NCBI GenBank assembly: GCA_002269645.1
Contig: NIVC01003011.1
Span: 1 to 51,810, forward strand
Source of the DNA: Macrostomum lignano
Lineage: Eukaryota
Length of the DNA stretch: 51,810 bases
Direction: 5' to 3'
Every line of letters begins with the position of its first letter. The first letter of the stretch is position 1. The notes under the pieces are model-generated. The model had not been told where the DNA came from and searched no databases. It saw nothing but the letters and a program-made list of their open reading frames with translations. Shown here piece after piece: positions 1 through 15,600 of this stretch. Made by a program: the position numbers and the translations under genes.

Positions 1-290
1 TGGAGAGAGTCAGATTCTCAGGTAGTCAGGTTGAGAGAGTCAGATTCTCAGGTAGTCAGGTTGGGAGAGTCAGATTCTCAGGTAGTCAGGTTGGGAGAGT
101 CAGATTCTCAGGTAGTCAGGTTGGGAGAGTCAGATTCTCAGGTAGTCATCTTGAGGGAGTCAGATTCTCAGGTAGACATCCTGGGAGAGTCAGATTCTCA
201 GGTACATCCTGGGAGAGTCAGATTCTCAGGTAGACATCCTGGGAGAGTCAGATTCTCAGGTAGACATCCTGGAAAAGTGAGATTCTCTCT
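1..290. repeat. 30-bp (grading to 27-bp) minisatellite, unit ~GGAGAGTCAGATTCTCAGGTAGTCAGGTTG
   Basis: About 10 tandem copies, truncated by the window start. The core GATTCTCAG is shared with the array at 40745-41540. Confidence 0.95.
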
Positions 291-295
291 ACCAG

Positions 296-352
296 TATTT
301 CACCGCCAGTCATTGGACTGCGGATAAAATAGAATTCAAAGCCCTAACCTAA
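296..352 (+). CDS. Possible short terminal exon (YFTASHWTADKIEFKALT*) of a gene upstream of the window
   Basis: Pyrimidine-rich acceptor ctctctaccAG at 294-295 directly after the array, open to TAA at 350-352. No homology recognised. Confidence 0.2.
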   Translation, partial: YFTASHWTADKIEFKALT

Positions 353-747
353 ATTCTCATATTATCCATACGCTTATTTTTCCAGTGCGCTGGACCTACA
401 ATGTACATGTCTTTTTTAGAACTATAATAGTTTAACAACAATTAGATTGAATCAATTGTAAATTATTTGAAACAAGAGCGTATTAACAATTTGTTGACTC
501 CCAACCGATGTCATAACTAAATCGCAAACATCATGCCTTTCTTGTAATATGGTTCATTATATTTATGCTTGCATATCATAGCATACAATATATAGTTTGT
601 ATTGCAGAAATAAATAAAAACTTGTGTACGTTTTGAACAGACCAGCTTGTCTGAAGCAGTTGGCGGTGACATGCGTATCAAATTATTGTGAAGTTTTGCT
701 GTTTTTAAGATTTTACACAAGTAGCAGAACAGTGCACAAGTCGGTCA

Positions 748-1181
748 CACAGATACTAAAATAACTAGATGGGCCACTCAGCATATATACTTAGCAAAAT
801 AGCTTTGTACTTTCAGTTCAGTAGCAAAGACGAATGCGTAAGCTATTTTATAGGAATAAAGGCAGCTGAAATGACTTTGATAAGTAGGAAGTCCAAGCTT
901 GCAGGCGTAAACAACTTGCTAATTGGTTCAGCAATAATGTACATTGGCCAGTCCACTGAAATGTACATGGCAGCTTTAGGCTGGAAATCCGAGAACGGCA
1001 ATAAAAATTAGATTGGGGGGGGGGGCGGGGCGGGGCGGAAAGGCGCGGTTGGAGGTTTGAGCTAGGGGGTAAGAGCTTTGGCTTTAAAAATACATTAAAA
1101 TGCTTCCGTTTAACTTACTACTGAACTGAAAGTAGCTTACACGCAACTGTGCAGAGTGGCCCATCTATTCTAGTATCTGTG
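748..1181. mobile_element. hAT-type MITE (family E, TIR CACAGATACTA)
   Basis: TIRs CACAGATACTAAAATA / TATTCTAGTATCTGTG with a shared subterminal AGATGGGCCACTC, flanked by a perfect 8-bp TSD GTCGGTCA (740-747, 1182-1189). Confidence 0.9.
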
Positions 1182-1215
1182 GTCGGTCATGAGCATATTT
1201 TTACATCAGCTCTTG

Positions 1216-1731
1216 CTAGACTTTTCTCACTGGAATTGGTGGCAGCAGGTTTCGAGCTGCAGCCTTTCTTGCCGCCGCCCTTTCAGCTGCGTAGCTTAAT
1301 CCAACTTGTACAGACGGGTGAAAGGATACAGTCTTCTGTTGGTTGTTGTCGTTCTTGGCATTGCTTGGCTTAGCTCTTTGCTGCTGCTCCTGCTGTTTTC
1401 GCGTCCTTCTTGAAGAAGCTTCAAGTGCTAGGCTAGCCGCAGTCAGGGCTTGCTGTACTAGCATTCTTGGCGACGTGGTTGCTACAGGGATTTCGGCCGC
1501 CGCGTCAGACCAGTGCAGATTTTCGTAATATCCTGATTGCCGGGGTCTCATGGTTCGATTGTCTGGCCTATAAGTTGCTCCAGAATCGCAGAGAAACACT
1601 ATTCGACGATGATCGAACAATTGCTGCTGTTTCGTCTCTAAACTTGTTGTCCTCCGCTGCTGCGGTAGGCAGAAGCCTACGGTAGTGTTTAGCGAGTTTA
1701 ACTTAGTGTTGTTGTCTAATTCTTGCTGCAT
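1216..1731 (-). CDS. Single-exon 171-aa Q-rich, probably disordered protein with an RVxF-type PP1-docking motif
   Basis: True ATG with A at -3, non-repetitive GC-rich ORF, palindromic TTTATATAAA at 1963-1972 upstream, motif KTVSFHPSVQV..Y. No family recognised. Confidence 0.55.
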   Translation of the reverse strand: MQQELDNNTKLNSLNTTVGFCLPQQRRTTSLETKQQQLFDHRRIVFLCDSGATYRPDNRTMRPRQSGYYENLHWSDAAAEIPVATTSPRMLVQQALTAASLALEASSRRTRKQQEQQQRAKPSNAKNDNNQQKTVSFHPSVQVGLSYAAERAAARKAAARNLLPPIPVRKV

Positions 1732-2863
1732 TGTCGCTTGTGATCGTGTGTTTTGTTAAGACAGTCGCAGAACTGGCAATGACTTCACTTGAATACGCTG
1801 CTCCGAACGAATTGGTTATAACAGAGCCTACGGACTGCTGCTTTAATAATAATCTAGCTCGGAGGTTTCTTTATCTTTTAGACGCGAGTTGAATTCAACG
1901 ACGCTGAGCGAAAGTATTACAGTGTAATCAGCAAACAAAACTCTTGTTCCAAGTGTGCGGACTTTATATAAACCGACTATAGGCGACGAAAGCTCAACTC
2001 ACTCGCTAGGTGCCACTTCAGACAGACTTTTATACTCGTATATGGCACTACACTATATTTAACATGTCTCTCTAGTTCTACCTACACTACATGTAGCGTA
2101 TGGCTGCATAAAACTTATAAGACATTAAGCATTCGCTTTGCCAAGCTAAACTCAAGCCAACATTTACTGTCTTACAAAGCGATGAATGTTTAATTAAAAC
2201 TGGACAGACAGAGAGAGAATATGCAGCAGGCTTCTCCATGGGGTATCTTGAATTAATATTCCTTAGCGTGCACGCGAACGTGAAGCCGTAGTAGCTGATC
2301 AACCTTAGGAAGTTATAAAGGTTAAAATGCAGAGTGCCTAGACCATGTACAATGTACGTTGTTACTATATGTGTGTACGTTATCACTGACTTACTTCAGA
2401 TGATCTTTGAGTATATATGCCTGTTATATAGATTTTTTCCGGTCGAATAGCACAAAATCCAACTCCATTTCAACATACGAGTACATAGCCCTCGATCTCA
2501 AGTGCATAAAATTCAGGGGATCTAGCATCGAAAACCCGAACTATCGTAACTCCAAATACGGTGCTAAAACTTTTCCGGTGTTGTGATTTTTCGGGTCTAT
2601 GATGGCGACCCAACCGCTACTTAAAAGGCCAAACCAAGTGCGACAAAGCACCACTGCGCACACAACAATATAGATATGCTGTTGCCGAACCAGCAAGAAT
2701 ATCCGCTGCATGGGGACAGCAACGAGCGAGTCTGCTACTTAAAATGACTAACTAGATGTAGTTACTTGGGCTTTTTTTAAACTCTCAATTGCATGGCATT
2801 TCGCGGCTTATTTGGCTTGTTGCCGCTAAACTAGAATTGATTATGTCGCATTTGAGTTAGCTA

Positions 2864-4172
2864 CCCCCACCTTGTGACCCCTCGTAGTAATAAATAGTTT
2901 TGCTTCAGGGCGCCAGTCGATCCTGATTGTTATCTTCATAGATTGCAAGAAAGCATTAATTTCGACTCGGTCGTCAGGTCTGTGCTCCCAAATGTGCTCC
3001 GTGCGTACAGCGTGCCAGAGCAGCTGATTTCCGCCATCATGGCGATGTACCCTGATACGAAAGCTGCTGTTTCAACACCGGACGGCCTATCGGACTTCTT
3101 TGAGACATCCTCCAGAGTGCTTCAGGGAGATACGCTTGCGCCGTTTCTGTTCGTTCTGGTGCTTGACTCGGCGCTGCGGACCGCTCTTCCTACCAACGAC
3201 GATGGCTTTCTGTTGCGGCGACGCGAGGGTCGACGTCAACCGGAGAGGCGGCTCAGCGTGCTTGGCTACGACGACGATCTCGCCCCGTTGTCCTCAACTG
3301 TCAAGGGCGCCAAAGCGACAACTGGACAAGCTAGTTGCTGTTGCGGCGAGTCTCGGCCTGGTGGTCAACACGCAGAAGACCGTCGTGCTCTACGTGCCGG
3401 ACGACATCGAGGCTGCGATTTGGTGCCGAGGCGCTGATGAACAGGCGACAGAGCTTCCGCGTTGTCAGCAGTTCGTCTACCTCGACAATCTGGTTCCCGG
3501 TGTCCGCGAGGATTTGCGGCGTCGCCGCGGGCTTGCCTGGGCTGCCTTCCGCTCTGTGAGGGCAGTCCTGCAGTCCGAGGCCGTACCTGACCGCTAGAGG
3601 GCGGCGTTGTTCCAGGCGGTGGTCGAGACCGTCCTGCTGTACAACGCCGAGACCTGGACGCTGACGGAGTCGCTCGAGCAGCAAGTTGACGCGGCGCACG
3701 CTGGCCTGCTGCGCGCCGCCTTCAAGATCGGCTACGAGCGAGTGACCAACGCGGCTTTGTATCGCCGCACCAGCCTGGTCCGTCCAAGCGACCTGTTGCG
3801 CCGTCGGCGACTCCAGCTGGCAGGCCACATCATCCGAGCCGAGCCGTACTGCCCAGAGCCGCTGCAGGAGGTGCTGCTGCTAACGCTGCAGGCACCCTAC
3901 CGGCGGGGGCAGGCGCGCACTCGGCGTTTCGTCGACTGCCTGCTGGCTGACGCCGGCGCCCCGGATTCGGCCGGCGGCGTGGCGTTCGTTCGCGACCCGA
4001 CCTGGCCTTGAGGCGCGCCCTGTGATGCTAACTACGTATTCTGTTGTTGTTGTTCAGGGCGCCAAAATGAGTTCTAACAACACCGATTCTCAAAATAATG
4101 CACATCTATGAATTTAGTCATGTACATGTACATGTAGAATCATTGGCTTTGTCCCCCCCCCACCATAAAATC
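2864..4172 (-). mobile_element. MITE family A copy with a single seed unit, interrupted by an RTE insertion
   Basis: 2864-2915 and 4053-4172 are reverse-complement matches to the right and left arms of the element at 17498-18347. Only one CTCATTTTGGCGCC unit is present. Confidence 0.8.
2916..4052 (+). mobile_element. 5'-truncated, defective RTE-type non-LTR retrotransposon
   Basis: RT motifs IFIDCKKA.FDSV, VLQGDTLAPFLF, LGYDDDL and FVYL, then FQAVVETVLLYNAETWTL. Frameshifts and a TAG near 3596, a (GTT)n tail, and a 12-bp TSD TTCAGGGCGCCA (2904-2915, 4053-4064). Confidence 0.92.
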
Positions 4173-4220
4173 GAAATACACGGATACGAAACAATAGCTA
4201 CATGTATTGATCCGTATTGA

Positions 4221-4434
4221 CTCTGCATTGCTTCAGTTCAACTGGGTGCCGCATTAGCTGGGGTAATTGAGGGTGTGTGTGTGTGTGTGGCGACCCCCCC
4301 ACACAGTCCTTGGACTGAACAGCCGTACGCAGCCTTCAAATGCACCGCGCAATAGCTGCGGCTGAGCTGTCGGTTGCACATCTGCATGCTCATTAGAGTA
4401 GGAGCAATCAATAATTACTTTTATTGTTATTATT
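4221..4434 (+). mobile_element. 5'-truncated copy of the tRNA-derived SINE
   Basis: High similarity to 5251-5417 (CTCTGCATTGCTTCAGTTCA ... GCTGAGCTGTCGGTTG) with an AT-rich tail. Confidence 0.85.
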
Positions 4435-4632
4435 CACACAGTTACCGTTTGTTTATTTTTCAGTTTAAAACGTGTTTTAAAGACGACATTTGGCATTGTG
4501 TTTTTTATAATTACGTGTACATACATTATCCTAGACACTTCTGTTTAATGCATTGCATTAATGTACTACAAGTTATGTAAGACTAATAAAAAAGAGTTGT
4601 ATAAAAGGAAATTGGCTAATTTGGACCAAAGT

Positions 4633-10307
<5,675 letters not shown>

Positions 10308-10442
10308 CAATTGTTTTAATAACCTCTGAAGTCGCAACTTGTGTCAATGTTCAGCAGTAAAAAATGATTTTTAAAAATATCTAACACTAGTATTTTATAG
10401 CTTTGCCTGGGTTCTGAAGTATTGTACCCTTTTGTTCTATGG

Positions 10443-10856
10443 CAGGGGTCGGCAAACTTTCGTCTCAAGGGCCAGATAGAGAACCTGAAGCATGACTGCG
10501 GGCCTGAGGAGGGGAGAGAGAAAATGGAATAGAGAAGAGAGATAGGAGATAGGAGAAAGGAGAGAGGAGAGGAAAGGAGAGGATAGGAGAGAAGAAGAGA
10601 GAAGAGAGGGGAGGAGAGGATAGGAGATGAGAGGAGAGGAGAGAAGGAAGGAGAGGAGAGGAGAGGAGAGAGGAGAAAAATAAGTGTGAGGAGAAGGGAG
10701 AGGAGAGATTAGAGAAAAGAGAAGAGGTGATTAGAGAGAAGAGAGCTGAGAAGAGACACAAACCGTGAGCGGGCCGCATTGCTATTGTGAAGTTTCAAAG
10801 GAACCGATCGAGGGTCGGATAGAGAGGCTTCGCGGGCCGGAGTTGGCCGACCCCTG
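10443..10856 (+). mobile_element. hAT-type MITE family B with an internal AG-rich tract
   Basis: TIRs CAGGGGTCGGCAAACT / AGTTGGCCGACCCCTG. 8-bp flanks TTCTATGG / ATTTATGG (6/8 identical). Confidence 0.85.
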
Positions 10857-11043
10857 ATTTATGGTTTTCGGTAGTAAGACTTTCGGCAGCAACTCAACTG
10901 TTTGCCCGGCTGTTTTTTTATATTGTTTGCCGGGAAATTAGCGGAAGCATTTGGCTAGAGGAAAGAATCGAAAAGTGACAACCACGAACATTTGTTGCCA
11001 GAAAAGCAACAAAAAAGTAATTTTTTTCCTCCGATAATGATGT

Positions 11044-11481
11044 CTACCTGGCGATTGATGGACGTGGATTCCAGGTGCCGTTGAATTGCCGCACAAAAAC
11101 AGATGAGAGACATCGGCGCGTAGCATGTTCCATCCCTGCTTTCGAAGAGATGAATAAAAAATATTCAGATCGATTAGGAATCGATCCGTGGTACACGCTC
11201 AAACTCCTGGGAGAGCCCCTGCTTTTTGAGGAACTGGTGGAGCCTTTTCGTTGAGTCTCGGTTGATTTCGGCACACATTCATTCTCAACCCGGTCCAGAA
11301 TTTGCAGATCTGTGCTGGTTAGCTCAGGCAGCACTTGGATACTGGATGATGCATCCAAATTGTTCATCTACAAAGCTCTTGCTCCACTCTCGGGTGACAA
11401 AAGCCAACTCGTCCGTGGAGAGTCCGAATATTTCTCCGCCAGGAATGTTTTGGTAGCGACAGTCATAGCTTGTTTTTCCAT
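11044..11481 (-). pseudogene. Unidentified reading frame interrupted by an in-frame TAG (37 aa + stop + 107 aa)
   Basis: ATG at 11481 (MEKQAMTV...), TAG at 11370-11368 directly followed by an in-frame ATG at 11367. Protein-like text (SLSVYHGSIPNRSEYFLFISSKAG), no family recognised. Confidence 0.3.
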
Positions 11482-12119
11482 TGGTTATTTAAATGAAAGC
11501 TCAAACTCCACTAGAGAATCAATTTATGACAGTTAGGCCGTCACCTTCACTGTCCTTTCCAATTACCATAGACGATTGACTGATTAGCTTTACCGCTATT
11601 TCAAAGTGCCATAGACAGCAGAATTGACTAGAAATCCGGCAACAATCGTACGAGTATTTCACAAGGACCACTAGAAGAAGAAGGACGGGACACTTCGTTT
11701 CTTGGAAAATTTATTAAAGGCTGATTTTCACGGAAAAATGCACTAGCGAGATAGGAACTTTTTACATTTTTTTCACTTTAAAATGGTGATAGCTTCTTAT
11801 TAGAAGCAGATATAAAGCTCTTCTTTTGATATAACTTATAAAACATGTTGCTTCAAAGGATTTTATAAATATTCTTTCATGAGTTATTTTTATTTAGTTT
11901 AAAGTCGCTCATGAATTCTTTTACAACTTTCAATCCGAATAAATACTTAATCAGGTTTCAGTATATTCAGTTTGATTTGTTTAAAATGTTGAAAGTTCAG
12001 AACGCATTTGTGCCAAAAATACCTTCATTTAACAACTACTAATAGTAGACAGAACGTAGAACTTCAAATAGATGATTTATTAAAACGTAAATATACAGCT
12101 AAATATACAGGCACACGTA

Positions 12120-12555
<436 letters not shown>

Positions 12556-12657
12556 GAGTGACCAAAAAGTTGAGAAATTTCAAACAAATCATAAATTTGA
12601 TCTGCTACATTAACCAGTTATCGAGTTGCTTGAGTACGCATAATACGTCGAACTTCC

Positions 12658-15600
12658 CTACCACAGGCTGGTTAGCACTGAAGCTACCAAAATAAATTCA
12701 GCCAGAGCCAGCAGTGCCCAGCACCAAACCATACTACTTTCAGCACTAGGCTTTGTAGCCGTTAAATACTCGTCAGAGCTCCAGCGACCATTTAGCCATC
12801 CGTTGTTGATGAAGCGCGCAGCCTCCGGCCAGGCGTGTCGCCCTACCAGACGATACTGAGCGGGCAGGCAGGGCTGACACCAGCATCGGAGCGCCAGGCC
12901 CAGCGATCGGTGCTGCAGCAGCAGCGACAGCAGGCGCGGTCTGCAGCCAATTTCGTCGGCAAGCATGTCCATGACGTCGAGCCAGTGAGTCTGAAATTAA
13001 TGAGTTGCGCAAATATTTAACGGATGCTGCTCGGGTTCGATGACCACATTCATTTTGGGGCTTGTGCGCTCGAAAATGGGCTAGCAGGTGAGCTGTCGAG
13101 CAATTCACAGCCACGAGGCCCAACCCCCAAGGCACAAGGTGTACATGTCTAACGATTACAAGGTCAAAGGGCCGCTGTACACACCCTGTCTGAGCATCTG
13201 TATGAGTGCGTACCTGCGTACAGTATTGTATTGTATGTGCTCAGGGGTCAGCGCAATGGGAAGGAACTGTCTCAGCGGGCAATGTGTGTAGAATGGGACC
13301 CCTCAGAAGCGCACAGGCTCATCAACAGGAACGCAACAGTTGGTTGCAGTTTCACCTCCATAGCGTGTCTATCTGTCCGACGAAACTTGACCCGAATTCG
13401 ACGCTTTCTTTCGACGATTTCGGCGTCTCTTTTTTCAGTGCCAGGCAGGAGGTGGTGAAGGTCATCAACTTGACGTTCAGCGAACACCTTGGCGGCCCAT
13501 CTGGCTTGGGCTTCCAGTACCGGGAAGAATGCTCCAACCACCTGTGTTTTGGAGAGGCAGGTGTATTTACAGTCAATTGGTTGCGTACAGCATGTGGAAT
13601 CTTAAATACTTCGTAGCCAACTGTTTTGCACAACTAGATTGACCATTACCTGCAAGAGTCCAACTGCAGCGAACGTGTTGTACTCCCGATGGAAGGTGAA
13701 CTTGTATAGACCTGCCCAACCGTCTGGCTCGATTTCAAGCAGTTCCTTCGATACGAAAGGCAGAGTCGGTCGATAGCCGGTGGCGAAAATCACTGCGTCC
13801 ACCGAGGCGCTGCTGCCGTCAGCAAACTCAGCGCGACCGTCGGAAGTGAACCGTGTCAGGCCCGGCTTCACAGACACGAATCCGTCAGCTATGCGGTACT
13901 GCAGCTGGTCGTGAATTGTTGGATGCGTCGAGAGCACACTGCGGAGCGGTTGAGGGTCGAGCATGCAGACTCCGTGCTTCCATGCGTTATTTTTTGTCCT
14001 CCTGACTATAAGACTCTCAAGACGCTTGAAACTCTCCTGCCTCTTGTGACTCTCCTGCCTCTTGTGACTTTCCTGCCTCTTGTGACTCTCCTGCCTCTTG
14101 TGACTCTCCTGCCTCTTGTGACTCTCCTGCCTCTTGTGACTCTCCTGCCTCTTGTGACTCTCCTGCCTCTTGTGACTCTCCTGCCTCTTGTGACTCTCCT
14201 GCCTCTTGTGACTCTCCTGCCTCTTGTGACTCTCCTGCCTCTTGTGACTCTCTTGCCTCTTGTGACTCTCCTGACTCTTGTGACTCTCCTGCCTCTTGTG
14301 ACTCTCCTGACTCTTGTGACTCTCTTTACTCTTGTGACTGTTATGACTCTTGTGACTCTCTTTACTCTTGTGACTCTCCTGACTCTTGTGACTCTCCTGC
14401 CTCTTGTGACTCTCCTGCCTCTTGTGACTCTCTTTACTCTTGTGACTGTTATGACTCTTGTGACTCTCTTTACTCTTGTGACTCTCCTGACTCTTGTGAC
14501 TCTCCTGCCTCTTGTGACTCTCTTTACTCTTGTGACTCTCTTTACTCTTGTGACTCTCTTTACTCTTGTGACTCTCTTTACTCTTGTGACTCTCCTGCCT
14601 CTTGTGACTCTCCTGCCTCTTGTGACTCTCTATACTCTTGTGACTGTTATGACACTTGTGACTCTCCTGTCTCTCGTGACTCTTCTGTGACCCTTTTCAT
14701 TCTTGTAACTTGCCTGACTCCAATGACCCTAAACCATTTTTAGGCTAACTGATTCTTAAAACACTCTCAACTTTTATACTGTACTCGTATAGACTATTTT
14801 GACGTTTCTGAGTACCCTATCAACGCACCTATACTCAGGCCTAAGTCCCAGATGTTGATGGCAGTGCTTGAAGTTAGCAAACGCCCTGACGGCGCACTCC
14901 AGAGCCCAGTCGGGCAGCAGCAGCCTCCCTAGTCTAGTGGTAGCCAGCGCGTCCATCGGCCAACCGAACGGGCCGGTCTTGCCGACGATCCATGACCCGC
15001 CGCCTCGACAGCTGAGCATGACTGAACGGCAGTGCCAACTAAGTTCGCAGGCGATATCGGCGCCCGAGTTTCCTAAGCCGACAACCAGGACTCTCTTGTT
15101 GGCAAATCGCTGATAATCGACGTAGCTGCTTGAGTGACAGATGTCGCCAGTGAAATTGGCAATACCTGACGGCCTCGGACAGTTGGCCTGCCAGTGATGT
15201 CCGGTGCAGATCAATACGGCGCCGAATTTGCGTCGTACAGACAGCTGCTCCGTTCTACCGTCAGCTGTGACGTTGCTGCGATGTCAAAGCAGAAAGATAA
15301 ACGATATTAAAGCCTAGGACAGGGGTCGGTCAACTTTTCTTACTTCAAGGGCCTAGCGCATGACTGCGGGTCTGTTGGAGAGAATAGAGGGAATCGAGAG
15401 GATAAATAGGAGAAAGGAGAGGCCAAGGAATAAAGGAGAAAAAATGAGACGATAGGAGAGGAGAGAGGAGGGGAAGATGAAATAGAAGAGGAGAAAGGAG
15501 AGAGGAGAGGAGAGAAGAGAAGGAGAGGAGAGAGGAGAAGGAGAGAGGAGGGAAGGGAGAAGGGAGAGGAAAAGGGAGAGGAGAGGAGAGGAGAGGAGAG

